A model generated the notes under the pieces. The model ran no database searches and was not told where the DNA came from. It saw only the letters and a list, made by a program, of their open reading frames with translations. A stretch of 63,570 nt of DNA, filler included, from Octopus bimaculoides (Eukaryota), in assembly GCF_001194135.2 (NCBI RefSeq). It is 6 parts of 6 records of this genome, joined end to end, with 100 filler letters (N's around TTAATTAATTAA, not from the genome) between each part and the next. Parts side by side here need not be neighbours in the genome. Positions count along the whole stretch, not along the records: positions 26,254 to 42,348 come from NC_068995.1; positions 42,449 to 60,558 come from NC_068991.1; 4 more parts are not named here. The stretch is one strand, 5' to 3'. The stretch's first letter is position 1. The number at the start of each line of letters is the position of its first letter. Positions 41,665 through 56,110 of this stretch are shown here, piece after piece. Both the position numbers and the translations under genes were made by a program.

Positions 41665-42179
41665 TGTGTGTGTGTGTGTATGAGTAAGTTCTGGCGGTGG
41701 AAGAGATGGCGGTGGTAGGCGAACTGTATTTTCAGAAGTGGTGGGGAGTGTAGCTCGCATCCGGTAACAAAGAAATAGATATATTTAGCTATATTATGTA
41801 ACAAGATGATGATGGCATCATTCTTGATCCAAATATCTGTCATCTGTTATACACACACGCTCTTGTTCTCTCCCTTATTGTATAAATACATGCATACAAA
41901 TGTGCGCTTGTGCGCGCGCACATGTGTATCGGTATATATATATGTATATATATATGTATATATTATTATTAATATATATATGTCTGTGTGTGTGTGTGTA
42001 TTTATATCTATCTTATATATGAATATGTATGTGTATAGAGACACACATAACAGAGAAACGAGATGACTGTAGTTGTATTTCTGATTGTATTCGTATATAC
42101 GCATATATACATACCCCACCACACATATATGTATATATGTATATGTAAATATATATGTGTGTCTCTATGTGTATACATA

Positions 42180-42263
42180 GGAACTGTTCTGGGGCCACTA
42201 CTGTTCATAGTGGCCCTTCTGGACATGCCCACGGTCACTCGAAGAGCCACTGTCACTAGCTAT
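42180..42263 (+). mobile_element. CR1/Jockey-type RT fragment
   Basis: GTVLGPLLFIVALLDMPTVTRRATVTSY corresponds to the PQGxVLGP..YADD region, cut just before ADD. Confidence 0.7.
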
Positions 42264-42328
42264 ACTCTCGGGTCGGCTAAAGCCTTGTGAATGGGTTTGA
42301 CTGACGGAAACTGAAAGAAGCCCGTCGT
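42260..42328 (+). mobile_element. SINE family A, 3' half of head
   Basis: ctcgggtcggctaaagccttgtga..gacggaaactgaaagaagcccgtcg(ta)n. Confidence 0.8.
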
Positions 42329-42512
42329 ATATATATATATATATATATNNNNNNNNNNNNNNNNNNNNNNNNNNNNNNNNNNNNNNNNNNNNTTAATTAA
42401 TTAANNNNNNNNNNNNNNNNNNNNNNNNNNNNNNNNNNNNNNNNNNNNCATATTATATTATATCAGATCGGAGAGAAAGACAGACATTCAGAAACAAAGA
42501 AAGAAAGAAACA

Positions 42513-42560
<48 letters not shown>

Positions 42561-42596
42561 AGGAAGGAAGGAAGGAAGGAAGGAAGGAAAGAAGGA

Positions 42597-42657
<61 letters not shown>

Positions 42658-44104
42658 TGAGGGAGAGTGTGTGAATAATAGAAAGAGGCAAAAGAGTGAT
42701 TCAGGAAAGTAATTACGCACATTTCTATTGTCAGGTATATATTATGTTTTGTAAGTTAGAGATGAGTGAGTCTCATAACTGTTGGCTCATCCTTTAAAAA
42801 CTATATCTTTCTTAACATCGGACGTTTTACTGGGTTCCCGACAGGATTTGGACAAGATAGAACGACGATGAGCAGTTTTGAGTCTTGCTGGATTTTGAAC
42901 TCAGAAAAAGTAAAAGACCAATCTAAATGCCACAAACAATTTAATGCATATTCTAGTTAAAAATTTCACTTTGAATCTCCTGGATTTGGTGTTGGATGTC
43001 TCTGTCATACATTAGGCCAGTGTCTTCTAGTAAGCATCAGGCCTGTGTATGCTTTTAGCAGAATCTACTTTATTGCAGTTATTCTGTTAGCTTTCAGACC
43101 CTGCTATGGTGGATCCGAAAATGGTCATGGATATTGCACTCTCTCTTCTGAGAATGCCATTAAAACAGCAGAACAGAAACGTACATGATAAATGAATAAA
43201 AGAATAAAAAATAAGGTTAAATCACAAGAAACTTCTTCATGGAAACCTAAACCTCAATATGGGTGCAATTATAATAAACCGTGATTATAAAGAATTGCAA
43301 CCTTTTGAGAATAAATGTCATGCATTAAAGTGTCATATAGAATATTTTGTGTGGATTTGTGCAAGTAAAAAGCATTCAAAGATCCTCCAAGTTTACAATT
43401 AAGCCTAAAATTAATACACCACTAAAACCACTAAAATTAATAGCCATCGCTGAAACACTTTAAAAGTTAAATTAATTATAAGATAATCTCACATTTAGTG
43501 AACGATTTATTCCGAAACATGAAACTGTCTATTAGAACGAGAGAGGGGAGAAGAAAGTTGTTTTCTTCCCTTGAATAATTTGATGTGACAAAATACGTCA
43601 CTGAAACTAAATATGTTAATTATCCTAATAAGCATTTTAATTAGATTGTGTTATTATACTGTAACATGCCCGCAACATGATATCAAGGAAAAAAAAGAGC
43701 TGGGTGCGGCAAAAAAAAAATAGAAAAAAGACAGAAAATGATGTGAATTTATGGAGAATTGCAGCTAACTGTAACTAAAATGGCTACCGTCGAGCAAATA
43801 TTATAACGCTCATGTTGTGGAGTCGTGCTTTGTCATGGCTGAGCGTGTATTATTCTCAAATGGTCAGTCAATCAGCCTGAAAATAGTAACTGTAAGTAGT
43901 TAAAGTGTAATTGTACGATTGATCAGAGTTCAAGACACAGTGTAAAGTTTAAAGACAAACCGGGTCCATGTGGTTGATTTCCCCCAGAATGCCTTTCAAA
44001 CGAAACGATATTTTCAAGTCATAAGTCATCAATGGTTGTTCGTCTTACCATCCCATACAAACTTGCCCACGCAGATTACTTTAACGTTACTGGCGCTTGC
44101 TTTA

Positions 44105-44340
44105 GCCTTTTGAACTCTCGAATACGCTTTAGCGGGCTCGATTTCGTTTGACTCTACTCCTGGAAGACGCAAAAACGGGCGGCCATATGATTTTTATGTA
44201 TATGCCTCGTTAATCGGAGAAACATCGTTATTTTCAGCTGTAAGCTCAAAACCATGTTACCACCTGCTTTTGCGTCTTCCAAGAGTATAATCAAACGAAA
44301 TTGCACCTGCCAACGTATACTCGAGAGTACAAGAAGTAAA
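44105..44340. mobile_element. MITE-like foldback element
   Basis: Inverted arms 44141-44174 and 44268-44301 match at 31/34; looser complementarity continues ~35 bp outward on both sides. Confidence 0.65.
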
Positions 44341-44904
44341 TCAGTGGTGAATCATGTGTCTCCGAGACTGTTTCGACTCCTTGTTAAAAGTCAATTAACT
44401 TCACTACTACCCTCAGTGGGAAGGACCTGAATATTGTCATGCACCAAACTAAGGATTTTACTTTACAATTTTACTTTATCTCCTTGCTATACGAGGCTGT
44501 AATCATCAACCATAGACCTCTTTCACTTCTTACTTATTGCTATTTTTTTTTGTTATCGTAATAACCAGCTTTCTTTTTCTTGCTAATTCTCCTTAAAAGT
44601 TCAGGGTTTCGTTATTGTCTTGCTAAAATTTAACAAATTCTTGTAATTGATTCATTCTGCTGAAACAAAAAATTATAGTCGTAAATGAACTTATCAGTTT
44701 ACAATTTATTTGTGACTAATTGATAAATTCCTTGAAATTGATGAATTAATTATTTTTGTTTCCATTTCGTTTAATTAACACGACGAGAAAAGGCAGAGCA
44801 TGACGATACCATAGATCATTTCTCTAGATAAAATGATTGAGCTGTAGTTACTTGATCCTTAATTTTGAGGTAATTGCTTTGTACTGGGCGTGACTTCGAT
44901 GTAA

Positions 44905-45445
<541 letters not shown>

Positions 45446-46480
45446 TCGCTAAAGTTTTACCGCTTTTTTTTTTTTTTTTAGTTACCATCATGGTTTACAC
45501 CCGTGCACACTTCGCAAATGGTGTTGAAGCGGTTGTCAATCTGTAAAATGTGGGAGGATTTTTGGCCGCACCTTGTATTAAACTTTCTTAAGACAAAAGT
45601 GACACCGCGGGGCGGTAACAAGATATGAACTATCAACCTTTCAGTTGGCAGGCACAAACTCTATCGACACGTCTCGACACGAATCACCGACAATTTAGCC
45701 ACTAAGCCATATTCTGTTCTTCAACATTTTACTTCAGAAGCGAATGTGCTTGTAAGAAAATCATATCTTAATATATATGTTTTCTTTTTCACACATCATG
45801 TCGACGAAACATCACAAATATCACTGATAATATTGGTTTGGATTCCAGCTCTTTGCAATACGATCGCTTTGTTTGTTACTGTAAATACGTTAATAGCTTC
45901 TGTTGAAGTTATCTATCTCCCAAACACAATCCTTCTTAACACGAACATCATTCCCCTGAAACTGATTAAAACATTCCTACACGTTCATTAGTATCAGTGA
46001 TCCTGATCTTATCTTTTTTTCCCAAAACACACTTCAGACATCAGATAACCATGTAACATGTAACATGTTTATAAAAAGTTACCACCCGCACGCAGTACGC
46101 TACCATTTTTTTTTTCTTGTTAACAGTAAAAACTGTGGCTGATGTAAACACGTGCCATCTCATAATTTCTTGCATTTAATTCTTTGATTACATCTATTCC
46201 GCAACCTCCGAACATTTATCTAATTCTAATTGCTTTCATGAATTATAAAGACCCACGTCTTTAACTGAATGGGTGAGTAAAGTTTTATGCAAAATGTGGA
46301 CGCTAGATTTTTACAGGATTGTTCACTGCAAGGTGAGCGAAAGCAATGGAAAATTAAGCATTCTGTCAAGATTTGACAATCCAGCACTTTACTAACTCAA
46401 TCATTTCATTCCTGTATACGTATATATATATATATATATATATACATATTTAACTATATATTGTCTTTCAACGTTTTAAG

Positions 46481-46675
46481 TCAACGAGCTGGTAGAATTG
46501 TCAGTTAGTCGGAGAAAAATGCTTTGCTCTTTACCTTCTGAGTAAGTGCTAATCTCGCTTAGGTCGATTTTTGACCTTCATCCTTTCAATCTCGATCGTA
46601 TAAAGTACCAATCAAGAACTGAGATTGAGAATATCTTAAAAATTTCCGACCTTTTGCCTAAGTTAGAAACCATTA
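46481..46675 (+). mobile_element. Old SINE family B
   Basis: gagctggtagaattg..ggtcgatttttgaccttcatcctt..aagtacca. Confidence 0.65.
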
Positions 46676-46782
46676 TCCTTCAACAATTTCAACTCAACAA
46701 ATAATTATTACTTTCTTTTACTAACTCACCCACCATTCTCTGTCTGTCTATCTGTCTGTCTCTCTCTGTCTGTCTCTCTCTG

Positions 46783-46857
<75 letters not shown>

Positions 46858-47834
46858 TTCTTTCTCTATCTCACTCACTAACTGTATATCTTCCTCTCTT
46901 CTGCCTCTTTTATCAATAAGTAATACGTAAAGTAGCACAAATGGGACATGAAGAATAAAAGACGGACAGTTGGACAACGTGAAAGGTTGCAAGTACACCG
47001 AAATTCAAAAGTTGGTGAACAAAATATAAACACACACACACAAAAGCAAATTAGCATGAAGATTTGTACACAGTGAAATGTACGCCGTAAAACCGAAAAA
47101 GAAAAGAAGTAGACTGACGTTTCGAATGAACCCTTTATCAAAGTACAGTGAGAAATAAAAAAGAAATAAGTCAGAAAAGAAACTATGTCTGTTTAAAGCA
47201 CTTGTGAATCTTTCAACAACATGTTGATCTTCTCATTCTCAAAAATTAAACTTTTCGAGGGAAATTTTCCCCTGACTTTTCAAAGAAAGATTAAGTTTCC
47301 AGAATGGAGCAAATTAATCCTCTGGATGCGACGCTAGTTCATCACAGATAATTTTCCGCTACAAAAAACAAATACAAAAAAATCATTTTTTCAGTTAAGC
47401 GACACTGAATCACACTCAGAGATTCCAACCCCACGTCTATGAATTCGTAGTCCAATACCATATTCACTTAACCATCTCGCAAGTACTGTAAGCTACAATT
47501 CCACTTCTACATAAATCACGCTCATATACAGCTCGTATACTTTCTTCATGCAGGTCTCCTTTTACATGACTTGTATATTTGTAATTTAAGCAACACCCCC
47601 AACCGCCACACGCACACATTTCTGTTGAAGGAAAAGAATGCACTTTTCATTTCTCAAGAGGCTGACAGATATATTTGCAAAATATTGTTTTTGATCCCTG
47701 CAAAATCCCTGTTAAATCGTAGAGCTGACCACCTGTAAGTGATTCAGTAAACGTTTGTCTCTTAATGCTTCAAACTGGTGTTTGCAATGTTTAAAGTATT
47801 TTTGTATTTCTTTAATATCAAAACCACCATTTTC

Positions 47835-48230
47835 CTTTCTTCTTCTTCTTCTTCTTCTTCTTCTTCATCTTCTTCTTCTCCTCCTCCTTTTCCTCCTCTT
47901 CCTCCTCCTTCTTCTTCTTCTTCTTCTCCTCCTCCTTCTCCTCCTCTTCCTCCTCCTTCTTCTTCTTCTCCTCCTCCTCCTCCTCCTTATCCTCCTTATC
48001 CTCCTCCTCCTCCTTCTTCTTCTTCTTCTTCTTCTCCCCCTCCTTCTTCATCTTCTTCTTCTCCTCCTCCTTCCCCTCCTCTTCCTCCTCCTTCTTCTTC
48101 TTCTTCTCCTCCTCCTCCTCCTTCTCCTCCTTCTTCTTCTTCTTCTTCTTCAACTTCTTCTTCTCCTCCTCCTCCTCCTCCTCCTCCTCCTTCATCTTCT
48201 TCATCGTCGTCGCCACCGCTGCCGCCCTTA
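47835..48230 (+). repeat. Compound (TTC)/(TCC) homopyrimidine microsatellite
   Basis: About 400 bp of mixed TCT/CCT triplets. Confidence 0.95.
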
Positions 48231-50137
48231 TCATCTTCTGCTGTTTCCTCTTTTTCACCATCTTCTCTATGCATGTATGTATCCGTAATTAAGATGGTCA
48301 TCAGAAGTTTATCAGAATGTCTTGTAATTAAATACAAGCATAAATAGAATAAAAGATTAACAGTTTTCGGGTAGTTAATGAATCTGAAACCAATGAAGAT
48401 TTTTACTTTTCTATTAAGAAATCAAACCAATATATTTGAAGGAAGAAAGAGAAGGAAAAAGATATATGGGAATTTGTGATGTGTATGCCTTGCTTAAAGT
48501 CCTTAAGAACATAAATGAAATTCTATATATTTCAACATGGAATTGAAACTAAACCAGGGAGTCAACCAAATTACTGTGAAAGTCTTACAGTTTAACACTA
48601 TGCTGGTGACAAATTAGAAATATTGGTATTTTGACGTCTGTCTTAAGACCCAAAGGTGATATTTGCAGAGGTCAATTTACAGTTGATTGGTCACCGCTGT
48701 TGATTGATTACTGCTGCTTATTTTATTGACAACAACCAACGTCAAGCAGGTTTTGAAATGTAAAACATAAAAGTGAGTAACTGAAGATTATATTTAATAA
48801 AATTGTAGGATCTATTCCATCTCAATCACAGATTTTTTAATCAATTTTTTTTTAACTAAACAGTTTGAAACTTCGAATACTGGTAGAATTTCTCACATAG
48901 AACACAGTTTACTCTTAACGTTTTTGACAAAATTTGGTATTTTAGAAGTTATTTCGTGTTAAAGTTGTCGTATTTGGGTAATTTCTACTCATCAACGACG
49001 TGTATTCGGTTGAAGAAAGCTGCTGCTATTTGCGATAGTAATCAAAGAGGAACAACTTCCGGGTCATCTCTACTAAATGTCACCACTTTATTTTATTTGT
49101 ATGACGAGCGAACCACCTTTACCGTTTCTTCCTTTCTAGTCAGCTCCGTGCATTCCTTACTCTTTCCCCTCCCTCCTACACTATCAATTAGCGACCAGCG
49201 AGCGAACTTGTCACTGCCACTACAATTACTGTATTTTCAGGTGTATAAGCCGCTATTTGTTTTGTTTTACCTTCATGTTTTGATAATGTTATTTTTTATC
49301 TAATAAAGAATTTTATATTGACGAAATGTGTTTGTTGTTGATTATAGTACGATAAAATCATAACAATAACTACATCTCATAGTTGTAAAATAAGGCATTT
49401 TAAAACTACATATACGTCAACAACAAAAAGTTAGCTGCGATTCTTCAAACAGATTGGTGACATTTAGTATTCGAAGTGTCAAACTGTTTAGTTAAGAACA
49501 AAAATAATTTTAAAAATCTGTGATTGAGATGGAATAGATCCAAATTGTATTTTGTTATCGCTCTTATAAATTATATTAGTGTTACGGACGATGTACGCAA
49601 TGCTGAGTATTTAGGATGCCTACAAACTCTATGTATTTTGTGTTATACTAACCCTATAAGACCGTATCACATTTATCTCTTCTTACCAATAGCTGTTTAT
49701 ATTTCTTTATTTACTTAAACATAATATAGACATAGGATCATAAGTACTTAATTATAATAATTAATGAGCGATGTCTTCCTATACGAGACGATCAATTAAA
49801 CTGTAATGAAATTCACGTGGCCATGTGTTAGATCTTGTTTTAATATGTGTCACACACGACCAGCATATTACGCATAGAATATGCTACCAATATTGTATAT
49901 ACTTCTATGCACTAATGTAAACATAGAAACTATGATAAGTATTTAGTTATCATAATTTATGAATGACGTTTATATGTGTAATGACTCGTCTGGCCACGTG
50001 TCACACACAATCAGTTTATTGTCCATAGAATATATTATCAATACAGTATATACTGCTATATGTAAGCATCAAAACTATATGTTAATATCAATGTAGGCGT
50101 AGACATTATACGTTCTTTAGATATATTACAGTATATA

Positions 50138-50375
50138 TTCCTTGATAGTTGTCATAGGACTGCTTTTTCCCTTTCTCTTGTAGAGATGGACAATAGAAAG
50201 ATCTCGATCTCTTAAGGAACAATTTCCTGTTTCCACTTGGCCTGAAAGAGGTTGGTGAGCTTTTGTACCAAGACTGCCTCCCACCACCACTACCACACTG
50301 CCGAGTATATTTCAGCTGGGATTGAGTCAGAGCCTGGCAAGTCCTGTGAGCTGAGCTTATCCAGATAAAAATTCT
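50138..50375 (-). mobile_element. RTE (BovB-like) RT N-terminal fragment
   Basis: LSSQDLPGSDSIPAEIY..LVQKLTNLFQAKWKQEIVP..SIVHLYKRKGKKQSYDNYQGI matches the KAPGxDxIPAE..IHLYKRKG..DNxRGI motif. Confidence 0.85.
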
Positions 50376-50817
50376 AGCCTTCATTCCTAGTAGGCTACTG
50401 GTTCCGGACCTGCAGCAGATTCTTCCGTGCAAGCGTTGGACTGATCGGCCGCAGCTACACTGACTATGCCCCATTTGTTTTCTCCCATGTGATGTAACTG
50501 GATCATTGTCGACAACGACGGATGATTATATTACATTACAGTATATAGAATATATATGAATATATGCAACACAGACTATGTAATTCTGGTATTGACATAC
50601 GAGCCATGGGTACTCTAATCTGTAATCAGATCTATGTGTACATTTGCAACACTTTAAAACACCCGTAAAAGCATTTTCATATTAAGCATTTGTGGGGCAC
50701 ATCAAATGTTTAATATACACTAATCAAGTGCAATCTAAAAGAGCCGCATTAAAGAAAATTTTACAAATAAAGGCAAGTGTAAATACTGTTATTGTAAAAG
50801 TGTAATCATAAATATAA

Positions 50818-51005
50818 TTTCAAATTTTGGCACAAGGCCAGCAATTTCTGTGGAGGGGGTAAGTCGATTACGTCGACCCCAGTGCTGAAGTGCTACTTAT
50901 TTTATCGGCCTTGAAAAGATGAAAGGTGAAGTTGACCTCGGTGGAATTTGAACTCAGAAAGTAAAGACGGACGAAATGCCGCTAAGTGTTATGACTAGCG
51001 TGCTA
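50818..51005 (-). mobile_element. SINE family B
   Basis: ttggcacaaggccagcaattt..tcgaccccag..gacctcggtggaatttgaactcagaa. Confidence 0.85.
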
Positions 51006-52913
51006 AAGCGTAATTGTAAATATTAATATATGGAATGAAGTTATAATGTGATTTTAAAGTGATTTTAAAAGTTACGAACATAAATACATTACGTAATAAA
51101 CGAAAACGTTGTTTTTTTCTTCTTCTTAATGAAAAACCCAGACTTACCCCAGAAGGCGCACTTAAATCATGGAGACTTTGAAAAAGGGTAAGAGTACTGA
51201 CGTTATTCCAACTAATCATTTAAAAACAGAGACTGTAGCAAATTACAGCTTCACTTTTTCTCAGAATATGTAAATTATTAAAACCGGGAAAAAGAAACGC
51301 AATTTTGAAACCGTTATATATTCCTCATTAGCGTCAAATTACTCTGCTGTTATATTTATGAGCAAATTCTGTATTTAATTTTTTGCACTGGAATTTTAAT
51401 ATAAAACCAATATGCAAACTGATGTTGCTCGTCTAGTTCACTCTACCTCCTCTGGAAGTTAAGGGTTATTACAAATACTATGTTGAAGGAATCAGCCCTA
51501 TATTCAGGGCTGAAACATACACCCTGGTGTGAGATATGGTAGGTACATTGTTGAACGTTGTTGAGATGTAGTATAATGCGTGAGATGGTGGTTTTAATGC
51601 TTAGCCCTGGGTCATTCTGAACGAGGAAACTTTTCATCGAAGACATTCCAGTTATGATCTTCAGGTCTTTTTAAACTTATAGTCATGCAATCATACACAA
51701 GATATCGATCTCTTCCTACCCCTATAGGTACCTAAAACAACCTGCAAAAGCAAGGTAGAATTCATGAGTTCGTACTCGCCTATGAGCGACGAATAAACTT
51801 CTTTTGATACATACATACATACATATATGTATGTGCGTGTGCGTGCATACATACATACATATTCAAACATATATATGCATATATATATATATATATATAC
51901 ATGCATACACACACACACACATATATATACATACATACATATATATANNNNNNNNNNNNNNNNNNNNNNNNNNNNNNNNNNNNNNNNNNNNNNNNNNNNN
52001 NNNNNNNNNNNNNNNNNNNNNNNNNNNNNNNNNNNNNNNNNNNNNNNNNNNNNNNNNNNNNNNNNNNNNNNNNNNNNNNNNNNNNNNNNNNNNNNNNNNN
52101 NNNNNNNNNNNNNNNNNNNNNNNNNNNNNNNNNNNNNNNNNNNNNNNNNNNNNNNNNNNNNNNNNNNNNNNNNNNNNNNNNNNNNNNNNNNNNNNNNNNN
52201 NNNNNNNNNNNNNNNNNNNNNNNNNNNNNNNNNNNNNNNNNNNNNNNNNNNNNNNNNNNNNNNNNNNNNNNNNNNNNNNNNNNNNNNNNNNNNNNNNNNN
52301 NNNNNNNNNNNNNNNNNNNNNNNNNNNNNNNNNNNNNNNNNNNNNNNNNNNNNNNNNNNNNNNNNNNNNNNNNNNNNNNNNNNNNNNNNNNNNNNNNNNN
52401 NNNNNNNNNNNNNNNNNNNNNNNNNNNNNNNNNNNNNNNNNNNNNNNNNNNNNNNNNNNNNNNNNNNNNNNNNNNNNNNNNNNNNNNNNNNNNNNNNNNN
52501 NNNNNNNNNNNNNNNNNNNNNNNNNNNNNNNNNNNNNNNNNNNNNNNNNNNNNNNNNNNNNNNNNNNNNNNNNNNNNNNNNNNNNNNNNNNNNNNNNNNN
52601 NNNNNNNNNNNNNNNNNNNNNNNNNNNNNNNNNNNNNNNNNNNNNNNNNNNNNNNNNNNNNNNNNNNNNNNNNNNNNNNNNNNNNNNNNNNNNNNNNNNN
52701 NNNNNNNNNNNNNNNNNNNNNNNNNNNNNNNNNNNNNNNNNNNNNNNNNNNNNNNNNNNNNNNNNNNNNNNNNNNNNNNNNNNNNNNNNNNNNNNNNNNN
52801 NNNNNNNNNNNNNNNNNNNNNNNNNNNNNNNNNNNNNNNNNNNNNNNNNNNNNNNNNNNNNNNNNNNNNNNNNNNNNNNNNNNNNNNNNNNNNNNNNNNN
52901 NNNNNNNNNNNNN

Positions 52914-52965
<52 letters not shown>

Positions 52966-54424
52966 GACAGGTAGATAAATAGATGTAGACAGATAGATAG
53001 ATAGATTTGTATATACATACACAAACATACATACATACACACACACACACACCGATATGCATACACACAAATATATACATTCATACATGCATATACACAC
53101 ATGCAGATACTAACACACACATACACACACATTGCACACACAGAGACATACGCCCACACACTTACACACTCACACACAAACGTACACATATACATGCATA
53201 CACCAGACCATACACATGCAGACAACTCATTTAACCTCTGTATTATAATTTTCACATACACAACAGATTTGCACTCCAGCAAGAACACATGTAAGGAATA
53301 CTGCCAACCTCTTCATCTGTTTTTTTTTTTGTGTTATAAATTTTCTTCCATATTTTTTCTTTATATATTTTTAACTATCAATGTATTTTTATGGAGGAGT
53401 AAAGCAATTCTTTAAAAAAAAGCGGTACGGCGCATTAACCGAAAATTTTCATAAAGAGATTAACGAAAACAAGTGGGACATCAAAGACTACAAGCTTTGA
53501 GTTCGGTTCCTGCTAGAACGGAAGCTTATTGATTCCTGGGGTTGTTCATGTATGTTGCCCAAGCTATGGAGTACAGGGAGGGAAGCTCGCTTACGAATGT
53601 TTATTCGGTGGAATAAAAAAACAACTTGTTTTCGCCTCTTTGAAGAAATTACCAAACATAAAACGCGTGTGCGCAACACACAGACACACACATTCACATG
53701 CACGCCAAATACTCACACAGAAACTCATGCACATATTCACTCAGATATAAGCAAACATATACCACACGCGCGCACACACGCATAAATAAATATGTATATA
53801 TATATATATATNNNNNNNNNNNNNNNNNNNNNNNNNNNNNNNNNNNNNNNNNNNNNNNNNNNNNNNNNNNNNNNNNNNNNNNNNNNNNNNNNNNNNNNNN
53901 NNNNNNNNNNNNNNNNNNNNNNNNNNNNNNNNNNNNNNNNNNNNNNNNNNNNNNNNNNNNNNNNNNNNNNNNNNNNNNNNNNNNNNNNNNNNNNNNNNNN
54001 NNNNNNNNNNNNNNNNNNNNNNNNNNNNNNNNNNNNNNNNNNNNNNNNNNNNNNNNNNNNNNNNNNNNNNNNNNNNNNNNNNNNNNNNNNNNNNNNNNNN
54101 NNNNNNNNNNNNNNNNNNNNNNNNNNNNNNNNNNNNNNNNNNNNNNNNNNNNNNNNNNNNNNNNNNNNNNNNNNNNNNNNNNNNNNNNNNNNNNNNNNNN
54201 NNNNNNNNNNNNNNNNNNNNNNNNNNNNNNNNNNNNNNNNNNNNNNNNNNNNNNNNNNNNNNNNNNNNNNNNNNNNNNNNNNNNNNNNNNNNNNNNNNNN
54301 NNNNNNNNNNNNNNNNNNNNNNNNNNNNNNNNNNNNNNNNNNNNNNNNNNNNNNNNNNNNNNNNNNNNNNNNNNNNNNNNNNNNNNNNNNNNNNNNNNNN
54401 NNNNNNNNNNNNNNNNNNNNNNNN

Positions 54425-54465
<41 letters not shown>

Positions 54466-54667
54466 TACTCATACACACCTTTACACACACCTAGCCCCCT
54501 CCAACCCACTCACACCCAACCACCCGTGAAACAAAACAAGCCAATAACATAAATATATAAATATAAAATTGAACATGATACAAAAGTACAGAAGAGACAA
54601 GATAGAAATTACACAGACATACATGACTGTAAACAAAACCTACAGACGTAAACAAACACGGAGATGG

Positions 54668-54711
<44 letters not shown>

Positions 54712-54832
54712 TTGTGTGTGTTTGTGTGTGTGCTTGCTTGTAGAGGTGCGTCGGTGCGAGTATATACGAGTACGTATGTATATAGACACATTAGTACGTA
54801 CCCATAATCATAAACATGCAATTTCACACACA

Positions 54833-54866
<34 letters not shown>

Positions 54867-55076
54867 TACATATACGGTATGAGTGCGTATTATATATATT
54901 GATGTATAATACATACAATATATATGCATGTAAAGACATACACATACACAAATATGCCTATTTTTCAACTTCCACCATTTTACTCCATAGTTGTCTACAT
55001 GTACCCACTTTATATATGTGTGTGTGTGTTTGTGAGTGTGCGCGTGTGTGTGTGTGTACATATATAATGTGTGTAT

Positions 55077-55114
<38 letters not shown>

Positions 55115-55214
55115 NNNNNNNNNNNNNNNNNNNNNNNNNNNNNNNNNNNNNNNNNNNNNNNNNNNNNNNNNNNNNNNNNNNNNNNNNNNNNNNNNNNNNN
55201 NNNNNNNNNNNNNN

Positions 55215-56110
55215 GAGAGACAGAAACAGACAGAGAGACAGACAGCGAGAGTAGGGAAGTGTTTGAGACAGGCAAGGAGAGTAAGGAGAGAGTAAGAGAC
55301 AGGCAGAGACAGACACAGAAAATAACAGATGGAGAAGAAAAGGGTGGCAAGAAAAGGATAAAAGAAAGAAAGAAAGAAAGAAAGAAAGAGAGAGTAAGGG
55401 GGACTGACAGACAGAAAAAGGAGTGGCTGTGAATGGCGGGGAGAGTAAGAGAAAGGGAGACGGATAGGTAGAGTGACAGAGGTTGAAGAAGATACCTGGG
55501 GAAGCATAGAATTGAGAATAAGGAAAAGCGAAATGTAAAGAGAGAGAGAGAAAGAGAAAGAGAAAGTCGGATGTAAAAATACACATTCAAGAGTGGGAGT
55601 GATAGTTGGTAAAAGGGGGATTAAAGGGAAAATTTTAATAGAGACACGGAGAGAAAGAGAGAGAGAGAGAGGGGGGTGAAGAGACCGAAAATGATAGACA
55701 GGGAAAAGAATTGAGGGTAAGGAAAAGTTTTTTAAAAAAAGAGAGGAGGATAGAAAAATGGAGACACCGAGGTACAGAGAGGGTGGGAGAGAGAGGGAGA
55801 AAGAGAGAGAGGGAAGGAGAGAGAGGAGGGAGTGAGAGAGAGAAGGGGAGAGAGAGGAGGGAGGGAGAGAGAAGGGAGGGAGAGAGAGGAGGGAGGGAGA
55901 GNNNNNNNNNNGAGGGAGGGAGAGGGAGGGAGAGGGAGGGAGAGAGGGGGAAAGAGAGAGAGGAAATGAGAGTGGCACACTGTTAAATGGTACATCAACA
56001 ATATGGCTGACGAAACAGAATAAGAGACGCTAATAAAAGGGAGGGAAATAAGGAGGTGGAGAAAGAGAAAGGGTAGGGGAAAGAGAGAGGAAAAAGTAGA
56101 GAGAGGGAGA
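55215..56110 (+). repeat. Purine-rich (GA/GGA) low-complexity tract
   Basis: Strong G/A strand bias. Similar tracts at 12700-13195 (purine) and 40440-41070 (pyrimidine). Confidence 0.85.

Noticed and set aside
47755-48347. Extensin-like poly-Pro/Ser, poly-Leu and poly-Glu/Lys ORFs
   Set aside because: They are translations of a TTC/TCC microsatellite that is open in several frames, with no unique domain.
51691-54552. Longest listed ORFs (240-500 aa), and the similar ones at 6.3, 15, 21, 30 and 41 kb
   Set aside because: They consist of N runs plus (AT)/(AC) repeat translations.
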